A stretch of 64,000 nucleotides of DNA from Vicugna vicugna (taxonomy: Eukaryota): positions 356,054-420,053 of the forward strand of contig MU057632.1 of the NCBI GenBank assembly GCA_013265495.1, in the 5' to 3' direction. This document shows, piece by piece, positions 11,761-24,654 of the stretch. The notes beneath the pieces are model-generated. The model searched no databases and had not been told where the DNA came from. It saw nothing but the letters and a program-made list of their open reading frames with translations. Made by a program: the position numbers and the translations under genes. Numbering within the stretch: the stretch's first letter is position 1; every line of letters starts with the position of its first letter.

Positions 11761-13479
11761 TGCAAGTTAAGTTTTTAAAACCACACTGAAAATAACATGA
11801 GTTTTCAATGGATTTTTTTTTTATTAATCAGCTTTTCTTCACACTCAGTACAAGTTTAAGTAAGTATGTCCGAATGCTTATTCACAAATTTTTCTACCTT
11901 GTGATGTAAAATGGCTAGTTCTATTGTTTGTAAGTTAAGCTACTTCAAATAGACATAGATTTTTTTAAAAAGTTAATGGATGAATATAAAAATATAAAAT
12001 ACGCCACAGTTTAATACACCCTACTGATTTATTGAAGGGACTTTGATTGATTTATCTGTATCATTTAATGGGATCTCGGGCACCATGGGGCTCTCTTTCC
12101 TCATTATAAAGCCAGTGGAGCATTCCAGGTCTTATCCAGCTTTACTTCTGGTTCTCTGATCGTGGTACTTTCTTAATCTTGTGCTCAAATTTTATGCATT
12201 TTAATGTATTTTCCCTACTTTTATACTGTATTTTTAGCTGCCTTTGTCCTTGTGCTGGAGCAACACGTTTGTTTCATACTTTTTAGAATCTACTTTTGGG
12301 CGATGTATACTCAGGTAAACACTTGAATTTGGGAGTTTTAGGTACTTAAAATGACATGCTATGGTCATTTTTTCCCATAGGAATTGACTCATTGTTAAAA
12401 TAGGGATAAATGGTGCCTGCTCCCCACTATTTCTCAATTACGTATACAGTAGCAAGTGGCAAGATACATTTTCACCGTTTCTATTACTGTGGATGATATT
12501 AGTAATAACAACCACACTAATGACAGCATTTGAATGAGATTTGAAGATGCTCTCTTGGTTGCAGAAGTAGGCAAATCTTCATGTCTTCCTCTATTTTCAC
12601 TCTGAAAAATTCCTACTCAGTACCGGCAGTAAACGCATCCCAGCAGCCCCTGCACAACACCTCACACCTTTCTGTCTCTCAGGTCAGTGAAATGCTTGTA
12701 TTAACTCTCATCTTCCACACACAAGGCAGGTTTGAGGACTGTTTCCCCCTGACCCCTGCTGGATGCACTGCTGGAAGTCTTTCTCATCTTGAGAAACTCC
12801 TGCAAAGAGATTACTCAGTCTGTTGCTCTGATTCTCCTGAGAAATGGCAATGGAAGGTAACAGAAAGATAAGGAAATTCGTCCCTGGGAAGACCAGACAC
12901 ATTCCAAGGGCAGCCATGTGTCTGGATCATATAAAGGGCTCGTCTTCCCCTGGGGTTTCCCTCACGGGCAATTCTGAGCTGTTTGGAGACCACGTTCATG
13001 GGGAATCCATTAGCAATAATCTACATGCCTAACATGGATCTCGTAAAACTGGAACATACCAATTATGTCTCTTGTCTCCTATGTTACTTCTTGCTTTGAG
13101 ATCTTTCACTCCTTAAGATCAGTCTGCAAAATTATTCCCTTAGAGCGTACGGAGGCCGCTCTTTCACTTTACAGATCTCTTGCAGTCTCCCTGTTCTTAT
13201 AAAATTAGCTTAATTTTACTATTCCCCTCAATTGCCAAGTGAAGTTGGTGACTTCTAAAGGGAGTAGTAGAATTGAGATAATTCTGACATCTCTTTCCTT
13301 TTACCTCTAAGCATCCTGAAGACGATGCTCCGTGATCACACGCAACCCTCCCCTCCATGTGTCAGAGCATGGCTTTTCCGCTCTGACACATGGACATCAC
13401 GGCTCTTCCGCTGTCCGGAAAGGTCACCGGTTTCGTTAGTCACCCCATTCAGACTGTGTTCTCAGGTTCCCCATGTTTA

Positions 13480-14300
13480 CTTGCAACAATACAATTCTTG
13501 CCTACAGTTTTCTTCCTGACACTTTCTCCCTCTGTGACTTCCTCGACACGCCAAGGTATTCACTCCATTTTTCTGCCATCGCCTTTCCGGGGCTTCCTGC
13601 TCTGTAAGTGGGAGTGCTCTTTAAGGGTATGTCCTTAGTCCTCTCTTCTTGGGCACTTTCTCCTTTGGCAATTAATTCCTAGGCTTCAATTATCCTGTGT
13701 GTGTCAATGACCTGCCTACCGAAAATCTCTCTCATGCATTCCAGCATTGAATGTCCTGCCAGCACCTTCAACTTAATATATCCTGAGTTGAACTCAACAT
13801 CCCCCGTGTCAAGCCAGCTCTTCCTTCTGGGATGCCTGGCTCTGCTAATGTCATCACCTGTCACTGGGAGGTTCAAAATGCGTCGTATCATTTTCATCTA
13901 AGTGCCTCCCACACTGGTCTCCTCCTTCCTGTGGTGGTTCAACTGTCAGCCGCGTTGTATTCAACACTGGACACTTACTGATCCATTTTAGTTATTCGTC
14001 CTCCTGAAGCTCAGCTCTGATCAGGCCATTTCTCTGCTCTGAAGTCCTCCGTGGGTCCCCATTGCATATGGAATCAAGTCCAACTTCCCGATCCCAATTT
14101 TCAAGGTCCTGATTGGTCTGGAGCCAAACTACTTTCTGACTTCATTTCTCACCACATCCCTTTAATCAAACTGAACTGCTCACAACAACGCCTGTTTCCT
14201 GAGTATTCTACCCTCACTGCCTTTGCTGGTATCCACAAAGCCACACGTCCTGCATGTTGGTAATGATCTGCCTCTGTGTTTACCCGTCCACGTCTTGCCC
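13480..14300 (+). mobile_element. L2 LINE relic
   Basis: Pyrimidine-rich degenerate L2 motifs such as 'ccttcaacttaatatatcctgagttgaactc' and 'ctctgatcaggccatttctctgctc...cccattgc'. Confidence 0.55.
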
Positions 14301-15824
14301 TCACCTCTCTCTAGAATTTTACATCTCTCTCAGGGTGCCTATAAAAACTTGTTTGTAACCTTTTGTTATATTTTCTCATTTTGCTGTGTTTCGGGGATAA
14401 AAAGTGAGCAATTCATAGTTCCCATGTGCCAGGTATGTGTTGCATTCAGGGGATGTAAAGTTCCCCTGTATATGTCATATGTCGCCTCCCTGACTCTAAG
14501 TCCTTGAGAGGAAAAATGATGATTCTTTTCTGCATCTTCCAAAACACCAAGCACTGGAACCCCACTCATACGTACATCATTTAAAATGGATGATCAAAAA
14601 CTGAATCCCAAACTTCCTGACCATGGTCCACACTTCCAACCCCTTCCCCCAAACTCCTCTGCTTGAAATTCGCTCTTTGTTTTCCTAATTCAACTTGACA
14701 AGATTTTTTTGTGAAAATCCGCGCTAAAGTATGAATATCCTATCAGATTATTTCCCAAACTCTAAACAAGGGTTCTTTTCTACCAAGTTATTTTGTCCTT
14801 AAAACTCTAAACAAAGGTTCAATTCTGAGAAACGTGTGCAACGAAAAGTTGCACTTTCCCCCTGAAGTCTGGATTAGTGATGTTCCTTGTACCTTTGCCA
14901 ATTAAGCAAAGAAGGAACACCTCCATGCTTCAGTTTCCTTGTGAGTAAAATTCTGGATTTGAATTTTAAAATTAATTTGTTGCAAAGGGTTTGATAAGGA
15001 AACAAAGCCCCTTGCAAATACTGTTGGTGGAAAAAAGCCACCCAGAAATTAAAGAGTTCCCCAACGTGCCCTTGGAGTTGCAATAGACAATGCAACGCAA
15101 ACACACTCTACTCCCCGCGGCAGGTGTTGCTCTTTTCAGGAGCGAGCCGAAGCGTTTTCTATTGTCTAAGTAACCTTCACGGGGATCTTCAAAGTTGGTA
15201 ATGCTTTCACATCTATTCTATAGATTAGGAAATGGGCAAGGAGCGCAGGTGGCATCTCCCTAAGGAGGCATGATCAGTAGGTACCAGAGTGAGGATCTGA
15301 AGCCAGGCAGCCTGAGTGCCAGGTCTCCCCAAGGCCGAGGGGGACAGTGGAGTGTGGCTGATTCATCCTTTTCCTGGAAGGTCCATGTTCCTTCTCCATC
15401 CTCCACTAAGAGCCCTGTTCTTTCCTGTTGTTTTTTTTTTTTTGCCATGGGATACTTGGTCTCCGCCCCCTGTGCTTTCCTCCGCTCTGCTCCTTGCCTG
15501 GTGGAGCCGGGCATCAGCAGCCCTGGGGCTGGCCCTTTGCTGGCCTGCCTAGAGCCTTGCCTGCCTCCTCCAAGCTCTCATCCTGCCCAGCCCCCAAGAT
15601 CTGAGTGAGGACTCTGGGTCCAGCTCAGACAGGGCTCAGAACGGCAGGCCTGCAATCACCCACCATAGCCCAGTGCCGGCTGCTCAGCCCCTGGTCTCAG
15701 AGGTACAGTAAAGTGATTTAAAGTGGAGCCTTCACTTTATTTTACTTTATATGGAGTTTTAAATTAAAAAGTTTTTATGGCTCATTCCAACTTCTTCCAC
15801 TATAGAAGCAGTTCTCAAACTTTG

Positions 15825-15948
15825 TATTTTTTAATTGAAGTATAGTCAGTTTACAATATTGTGTTAATTTCTGGTGTACAGCATTTATGATTCAGTTATA
15901 TACATATATATGTATATATATTCCTTTTCATATTCTTTTTCATTATAT
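15825..15948 (-). mobile_element. Short LINE-1 3' tail
   Basis: 'ttaattgaagtatagtcagtttacaatattgtgttaatttctggtgtacagc...ccttttcatattctttttcattat'. Confidence 0.9.
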
Positions 15949-16339
15949 GAAAGCCTTCACTCTAAAAGGTGGTCCATGAGGTAGGTGTGAGATAAAGTAA
16001 TGTCTGTGGATTGTGAGAAGCAGAGGAAGACGCTCATTTTATCATTTGGATAAAGGTTATTGTTCTTTTCCCAGGTATGTGCCCTATGCTAATAAACCCC
16101 TAAAAAACCTTGTAAATACTTACTACTGAGGCCCAGCAATGAACTCTACATAAGATGGTACAAGCATAACTGTTTCCCGGCTGGCCTGCCATATTCCCGG
16201 GGTGAGATCTGCATGCTGGGAGGATCCTGAAAGCAAAATTCTGAAAAGAAGGCTATTCTAGAACTTTCGTTTGGCTTAAGGATATATTTCTCAGACTATT
16301 CACTCTAGTCATGGGTAACTGATAAATCACCAATACAAA

Positions 16340-16453
16340 GAAAATATATGTATGTGTATATGTATATGTGTGTATATATATATAATCAAATCACTTTGCT
16401 GTGCACCTGAAACTAACACAACATTAAGTCAACCATACTTCAATTAAAAAAAA
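16340..16453 (+). mobile_element. Short LINE-1 3' tail
   Basis: 'aatcactttgctgtgcacctgaaactaacacaaca...atacttcaattaaaaaaaa'. Confidence 0.88.
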
Positions 16454-17191
16454 TGCAATGAACTATAAACTTTAAGTAGATGAAACACTACAGTTTATTA
16501 CTGGTGAATCTCTAGGTAAGGAATAAAAAACAATCAAACAAAACCCCCAGAATGCTTGATTTCACATTTAGAATGTTTCCAAAACATTGTAAAACTATCT
16601 TATAAGTAAATTCTCACTAGATTATAAGTCACCTCGGGAAATATGCATTTTAGTCCATTTAAACAAAAAAATTTTCTAATGCAAAATGTTTATCCCTTCA
16701 CCCAGCGATTCTCATGACAGCAGGTACTGGGCTCAACCATGGCTTGATGCTTGTTTTGTAATTTGCCCTCCTTCGTTTTTGAAATGTTTGCAACGTTTCT
16801 GTACAGCTAGAAATGAGGCTGGAATGCACTTAATTTGCAGTTCTCAGGAAGTCTTGCCTTTGAAGCCAGCCCAATCAGCCTTACTCCACTCTGTGCAAAG
16901 ATACCAGCCTCCCTGTCTCCATCCCTGACCAGAAGTGACATTCCTTATGCCAAGTAGCATTTGAGCTCTTTCTCACCAATTTTTTTTTAATCACTACTGT
17001 TCCAAGTTACCCAAGTTAGCAGTAAGTCCGTGACAGAATATGTGGGGGTTTTGCCATTAAGTGGATTATGATAACATGTGCTTTTCAGCATAGAATGAAT
17101 GACTGCCCCCATGGCATCCCCGTTCAAGATGATTTCGCTGAATCAACAGGACTTCGGCACCCACTATGGGCAGAATGCTAGGTGCATCGTA

Positions 17192-17243
17192 GGAGGAGGG
17201 GGACTCTGAGTCCTGGGAGGAGGGGAACTCTGAGTCCTGGGAG
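17192..17243. repeat. 24-bp tandem duplication
   Basis: ggaggaggggRactctgagtcctg twice with one mismatch, plus a partial third unit. Confidence 0.9.
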
Positions 17244-19439
17244 CAGGTTTAGGGATGAGTGGTCCTGGGAACTGAGCACCCTCAGGCCTAACAATCCAGT
17301 GGGGCAGGAGGACTCATCCTCAAATAGCTCGAATACCCACCAACCCTCAGACGTGGGAGCAGAGGAGATTAATTCTGCGAGAAGCCTGTCTCCAGAAAAC
17401 TATCGGTGGAAGAGAGTGCCCTTTTTCAGTAGGAAGGAGATGCCTGTGTATATCATTTATAGTATATTTATCCACAGATGCAGGAAAAAGTTAATTATGA
17501 TCCTTTCCCGAAAGAGGATACATTGAGTCTGAGCAGCTGATGACATGAAATTCTCTAGAATTGGGGATTTATTAGACTTCCTTGGACTCAGGATGCATAA
17601 GCAAAAAGCATTCTTCTGGGAAGAGGAGGAAAGGAATAAAATCTCCCTCCACCAGTTTTCCTTCCTGCAAGTGGGCTTTTCAGAACTCACCATCAACAGG
17701 ATTTTCCTTTGCTTCAAACTCAGCCCAGGGAATTATCGTGGAAGTTCCGTGCCAACAGCGGTTGCTTCTTTCGCACTCAGGCTCCGATCCTGCGTTTTGA
17801 AGCCACCTGGCGGGGTCTGAGCTTGAGCAAAGACACATGCGATGATGCCACGCCTGAAATTTAGGCAAGAAGATGCTCTCCTGCCCTTGTATAAACACGT
17901 GGACATGCACCTCATCAGTTTACGAAAGCGAATGCTCTGTATCAAGCAGAACCCGACGCAGGGGGTTCTTAGCAGCTCCAGGTTTGCCAACGTAAAAAGG
18001 TTACCATCTTGTTTTAGAAAATAGATGAAAAGATACTAACCCCTCCGAGTTGTAGCTGTAGTAGTAAAAAAACAGTGTTAATGCTGCATGTCATGATGCA
18101 AAACACATGTTTATGTTTTGGCTTTTTTTCCCCCCGACTTTGTCCTTAACCCCCACATAATGACCAGGCATGCCCAGAGAAGCACTTTATTTTTATAGCC
18201 GTGCTTACAGAACGTCAAAATGGCACGTGAATGACTTTTCCCCTCTAATTGCTTAAAGTCATAATTCTACCAGTAACATTACAGTTAGCAGGGACTGTTC
18301 TCTATAGCAAGCACTTCCTTTCCATTTTCAAGGGCAGCAAAAGAAATAGGTTCCCTGCAGGGCTGGAGAGTGAGGACATTTGATGCTCTCACTGCTCTCG
18401 TGAGAGGAAAGGAAAATAGATTTCTATGCTGGTCAGATACCAGAAATCCTGGCTCTCCAATTCCCAGGGGGCAAGCTCCTCCCAGCAGAGCAGAACATGA
18501 TAATGCGACACTAGGGCTTAGATCTGTGCACTGTGTGTTTTACAGCTCCTTACTTCTTCTTTGAAAATAATTCCTTTCCTCAACTGGTCAAAGAATATGC
18601 CTGGAAACAAGGACCGCCTCCCAGAGTGAGTGGCAAAGTTTACCAAAGAATCTGGAAAGTGAACTCACATACGTCTTCGAGGAAGCACACATCCGTGATG
18701 CGACACCGTTGTTCAGGGGCATTTAGCTGCAGACACCCGGAAGGAATGACTTGCGATTTCAAACAGGGAACTGACAAACATGTTGGAGGGAGTAACAGCT
18801 GTCAGCCAGGAGCCTGTTTCACTGGGACCCCGTTTAATGACATGCTGACTTGAGCCTAAGTTGTAGTAAATATTTACTGCTCAGAGTCCCTAATGAAGCG
18901 GTGGGGTAATGCCTTTTATCAGAGGCTGCTTCTTAATCACCCAGGGCCCATTAACAGTCACAACAGAGGCAGACAGAAACTGTGACATGAGCCTCTAAAA
19001 ATACTGCTTACTGGCAACGGCTCTCTGGAAGAGGTATTTTGTGTTCATTGGAACCACGAGTGTGTGAGTGAAATTTTCCAGCAGTTCACAAAAATACTCG
19101 GACCACATTAAGGGCACATCTGTGAACTTGAGAAACAAACTTAATGTCCCTGGAAGCATTAGAAAGCAGCGCATCTCTTAGAGGGCAGAAGGACTGTCAC
19201 TAAACGTTCCTGTGTCTTGATGTTATTTGGATTAAAGCGGAGGGAAGGGCTCTAAGTACACATTTCCATCAAACGCGGTCGGCCTCCAGCCCACATGAAT
19301 TATCGTTTTTACATGTGTTCTTCTGTGTGCAAGGTTCCGCCTGGTCAACACGGATGTGAGTCAAACAGCGAGCGTGGTGGTGCTTCTGCCTTCATTCTTT
19401 TTTCATTTTTATCCCTCTCATTCCTTCTCTTTATTTATA

Positions 19440-19863
19440 TATTATTCTTTTTAAAATTGAACTGTAGTTAATTTACAGTATTATTTTAGTTTCTGGTGTA
19501 CAGCATAGGAATTCAGTTATATATATATATATATGTGTGTGTATATATATATATATATATATAATTCCTTTTCATATTCTTTTTCATTATAGGCTATTAC
19601 AAGGTACTGAATATAGTTCCCTGTACTCTACATTAGGACCTTGTTGTTTATCTATTTTATATATACCAGCCAGTATCTGCAAATCTCAAGCTCCCAATTT
19701 ATTCCTTCCCACACCCTTCCCCCGACCGGTGACCATAAGTTTGTTCTCTGTGAATCTATTTCTGTTTTGTAAATAGGTTTGTGTCATTTTTTTAGCTTCC
19801 ACATAGCAGTGCTATCGTATGGTATTTTTCTTTCTCTTTTTGGCTTACTTCACTTAGAATGAT
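19440..19863 (-). mobile_element. 5'-truncated young LINE-1 3' end with internal (TA)n/(TG)n
   Basis: 'attgaactgtagttaatttacag...tttctggtgtacagc...ggcttacttcacttagaatga'. Confidence 0.9.
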
Positions 19864-21444
19864 GTCATTTTCATTCACCACCTGGCTTGGGAAAAGCTCC
19901 TCTGTCGGTTCCAAGGCACCAGCAGTAAAGTTAACAAACAAAAATGGCCTTTCATTTTTCTAGCTCTAAATTAATTTATTTCAAGTAGATACAGAGGAGC
20001 AACAGGATGACTAACAGAAGAAACGGCAGCGAAGCTGACAGCTCCTCACGAGGAGCTGTGGTTTTGGTGAACGTTACAACCCCCCCAGTGCAATGGAGGT
20101 TTAACAGGTGTGTCTTTTATTTGGTTGATGTCGATGCCTTAACTGGCTACTCCAGACTCAGCTGCTCCTTCATGTAGCAGCCCAGGTCTCCCAGCCCTGC
20201 ATTTATTATTATTTGGTACATGAACTCAGATATTCTGATATCAAAACCTGCACTGTTTCAACCCTTACTCTGCTGACTGATTTACATAATCCAACTATCG
20301 GATTTCTTTATATCAAAAATAAACAAACACTCAGAAAAATAAGGACCTGGAATCAGGCACAAGGACTGAGAAAATTGTCACTGGCAAGTCTCATGAGAAG
20401 TGAGATGTACCAGTAATAAAAGAGACAAATGCTACTAACAGTACGGAATGTTTACTTTGTATAGAAAAGAGATCTTCAGACTGTAAAGCCATCTGTAAAT
20501 GTATTCCCATACAATGGAAAAGAAAAGTAGAAATTAACAAATACCATTAAAAAGAAGATAATTAATCCTCAAAAGATAAGGTAAGGAGTTAGAGTCAGTT
20601 CAGCAAAAGCCTTAAGGACCAAAACAGGAGGAAAAAATTAGCAACAGATACAGTAAAACGATAAAGCATAGACTAAGAATGCTTATGAAACCTCAAGAGG
20701 TCATCTTGAGATGATCTGTAAGAGAAATAAAACTGAAAATTCCAAGACTCTAAGATATTCGGCTGATGCATCTCTAACCAGGGAATCAAATGTCCATCCT
20801 GCAGTTCCCACACTGTTGATTTGTTCTGTGAGTTTGTTGCTGAGTTCCCACTACTGTTTCCTCAAACCAGTCCCGTTTTTGCTCCCTGCACTATAAACCA
20901 CTGGCCTGGAGCTTGCAAAATCCTCCTCCAAGTTCTTCCAAAGCATTTAAGGGACAAGAGTAGCATGTGAAAAATGATGAATAGTTGGGGTAAACACAAA
21001 AGGAGAAAAAAAGACACCCTCTGTCCTGCTCTTTAAGTCTCTTAGAAAAGCCATACAATCATTAAGAGGAAACAAACATGCAACAACAGGAAAAAACAGA
21101 GCTACCTCTCATTAGTCTGTACCAAATCCTTTTAGATTCTAAATGCTCATATCCATGAATAGAATGACAATAATTCACTAAGGCTAGTCAGTGGTACCTG
21201 GCAATTAAGTTTGCTCCTTTTAATATTCACATCTCCATATTTAATCTTGTCACTGTGAAAGGGCACACCAGATACGTTTCACATTACCAAACAGTCCCCA
21301 TGTAAATTCTTTTTCAAAATTCACATTTACCTATCCCTAGTCTGCTGCACAGATAGCTTTTGTAATTAAGACTTCGATCAAAGCAGTGGAGGAAAGTGTA
21401 AATTATAAATTACTTACCACCTTCTGACAAATCAGTTTTATAAT

Positions 21445-21830
21445 GTCTGTGGAGATGGCCTTATGGAACCAGTAACACCTCTTCTGGAAATCTATCCCAA
21501 AGAAATAATTGGAGACATATACACACACACGATGGTTTTAGTACAAAGATGTTCACCATTGTAAAACCTGTAATGGTGAAAAGTTTGAACTAAACAAGAT
21601 GTTCATCAATAGGGAAATTCCACATGATGAATTATTATCGGGCCATTAAAATAAGTTTTGTGAAGAGTTTTCCAGAAATCAGAAAAGTGATTATCTTGCA
21701 AAGTTAAGCGAATATAAGTAGAAGTTATATTATGACCAAAAATGGTCAAAGTATATACCTTCTAAAAAGATCGTAAGAAAATATATATCAACGTATTGGA
21801 AGTGCTGGTACTCAAAATAGTTGGGTTGTT
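21445..21830 (+). mobile_element. Ancient LINE-1 3' relic (L1ME-like)
   Basis: 'cttctggaaatctatcccaaagaaataatt...acaaagatgttcacc...atgttcatcaataggg'. Confidence 0.6.
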
Positions 21831-23054
21831 AGCAAATTTTGTTCTTTTTATTTTTCCTAGTTTTCTAATTTTACCCAATAAGATAAGAATTTAACCAGTA
21901 AGATAAGATAAGGGAGCAACCATATATTTAAGGGCATTGCATAGACGGTGACTAACCCTTTTCTCATGCAGGTTTTATCACCTTTTGCATTTTTGCCTGT
22001 TTTCTTTCTTTTGTCAACTGGCTCTACCAACATTGTTGGGAATGACGATCTATCTCCTATGGTTACAGAGGTAGTTAAGAAATTAGCGCAATCTGGTGAG
22101 GACTCCCATCAATGCCAAGTTTCAGTTTCTGTCTAGCACGTGGTATTGTTCACCATCGTGAAAGTCAAAAAATGAAAACTGCAGCAAACCATCCAAGATA
22201 GAGACAAAGTCATCACCCCAGGATATTTCTGGGCTCCTCTTCTGCCCTGCCTCTTCCTTCGGGTTACCAAGTGCCTCTCAGTAGATTTTAGGCACCAGGA
22301 AGAAGTAATGTACACCATGAAACAGCTCTCAAAGATCCACAGCAGTGAAATGTATGATCGTGTGAGTGTGGCTAATAAATGCTTTTGCTTTATTCAAGAG
22401 TCTAAGTTTTATAAATGCTGCGCTTTATTCCCCTCTTAAAAGGCATATATTTATAGCTGCAAAAGTTATCAAGGAAAGATTATTGGGCTTATCTTTCTCA
22501 CAAACAAAAGGATTATTTTCTAAGAATAAAAAAGAATCTTTCATAAGGGATCTCTGAAAAACCACTGCAGGAGAACAAAGAAGAGAAAGATTGTGGAACT
22601 GAGCAAAGAATCAATTAAAAAGTATCTGGTGACAAGTAGGAACAATACTTCCCAGTGATTAGTCTGTTAACATATTAGGAATATATATATATATTTTAAC
22701 AAATACATAAAACATTTGAAGTATTAACACAATGTTGTCATTCTCACTCAAGAGCAGGGCTCTGAGGCAGCCCCTGAGGCAGGACTCTAGTGCCAGTGAC
22801 CAGCGTCAATGCCTCTCTCCTGTCCATTTCACATGCTGGTTCTGGAGGTTGCATGTTTAATCTCTAGGACAACATCACCAGACCAGGTTACAGAGAATAC
22901 AGGTTCTATTTTCTTCATGAGTCATAACAGTTAACTCAGTTAAATTCACAAAATGTATTTGCTTGTTGAAGCTATGCATGGAATCTAAGTTAATAAAGTT
23001 ACTCGATGGGGTGAGAGAGATATTCCTAAGCAGAATAGGACACCAGAAGCCAGG

Positions 23055-23449
23055 TGTGATGACTAGTTTTATGTGTCAGCTTGGCTAAACTATAGGACAC
23101 AGTAATCAATCCAACACTAGGCCAGGTGTATTTCACTGTGAAGTTATTTTGTAGATGTCTACCATTGGTTGACTTCAAGGAAAGGAGGTATCATAAGATG
23201 GGTGGGCCTCATCTAATCAGTTGAAAGGCCTGAGGAGCAAAACTGAGGTTTCCCCAAGGAAGAAGAAATTCTGCCTCAAGATTTCGGCATCAGCTCCTGC
23301 CTGAGAGCCCAGTCTGCTGGCCTGCCCTAACAGACTTTAGACCAGCCAGTCCCACATTTATGTAAGCCAGTTCCTTGAAATTAATCCCTCTCACTCTCTC
23401 TCTAAATACCCTATTGGTTCTGTTTCTCTATAGAACCCTTACTTATACA
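23055..23449 (+). mobile_element. ERVL solo LTR (MLT2-like)
   Basis: Starts 'tgtgatgactagttttatgtgtcagcttggct', ends 'cctattggttctgtttctctatagaacccttacttataca'. Confidence 0.88.
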
Positions 23450-24654
23450 CCATGCTCTTCCATTTGTGTAAATAACTGTTTGTAAACTTAAAAACACATC
23501 CCACACGTTACTATTATATGTTGTGCATACATATGTGTATATATGTATGAAGGTCTTACATTAAATATACACAAAGAGGTGCCTATGTGGGAAAATGGGA
23601 CTGAAAATCAGAGATGAAGTGGAAAAACAATTAAAAATTAAATTTTATATATTAAAAAAAGAAAGTCTTTGGACTAATAATTACATTTTACCACGAACCA
23701 AGGGCATGATCAGTTTCATTCTGTGCACCCTCGCTGAGAATAGTCACATTTATAAATTACATTATGTATAATAATGTGTCTTAGTGAAACTTCATGCCTG
23801 AAACTGAAATATCAGCTTAAAAGATGTTATTTAAAATACTAATATAAATAATATTCATCTCTCAAGACCTAGCTCTTTGCCGTAATAGTCTTGCTCTGTT
23901 TTTGAATTATTAGAGCATTCACTCTTCAAATTAATCACTGGGTATCACAGGACTCTTTATACTGCAAATTGTTATTTTAAGTATTTCATGTCTTTCATCC
24001 CATCTAGGCAGCAAATTCTTTAAGACCATCAGTGGCTTTTACATTTATTTATTTCCCCATTGTGACTAGTTTAATGTCTTGCACATGGTGACATTCTTGT
24101 TTTAGACAGTCAAGAAGTGATTCATAGTAACTAATAATGAAGATAGAAAGTATAATTCTAATAAAGAATTAATAAGAGTTTTAAAAATTGTAAGTAGAAT
24201 TCTAGTAACGTAACACACTGATTTTTTTTCTGCCAAAAATACTAGCTGAAATTTTATTTTTATTATTTATTCACACCATAAACTGTGTTGTAGCTAGTGA
24301 AATAAGTCACTATTCTAAAAATGTCTAATAAAGTTTCTTAATATGTAATATATCTTATTTACACAATTAAAATCTCAATTGAACTATGTAATATCATTAT
24401 AAGAACCTATTAAAGATGTCATTAACTTAACTGGCAGAGCTCTGACAGTACATTGGGATACTTGCCAATGTAACTATAACAAACTGTATATGCTTAAATT
24501 TTTAATAAATAAATGAAATATGGACATAGTTCAGAGTCCTTATGAGTTTTTATTTGATATGCTATTCTGATGACCTAGAATAATTAATACATGTAAATTT
24601 AGGATTAAATACAAGTGCAGTTACTTCCATGAAGCTTTGCTGAGGTTCTATGAT

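Noticed and set aside
12434..12601. Minus-strand 55-codon terminal-exon-like frame with a hydrophobic stretch (SENRGRHED...LSLVWLLLLISS...)
   Set aside because: Weak polypyrimidine tract; the hydrophobic part comes from low-complexity tta/ttg sequence resembling a decayed repeat tail; no recognisable homology.
14757..14820. Repeat-spacer-repeat as a CRISPR-like array
   Set aside because: Only two units, eukaryotic context and no cas genes.
16136..16464. gcaatgaact repeat as a TSD enclosing ~200 nt of unique sequence plus an L1 tail (5' chimera)
   Set aside because: The left copy lacks the A-rich start expected of an L1 endonuclease site, and a 10-bp match is plausibly chance.
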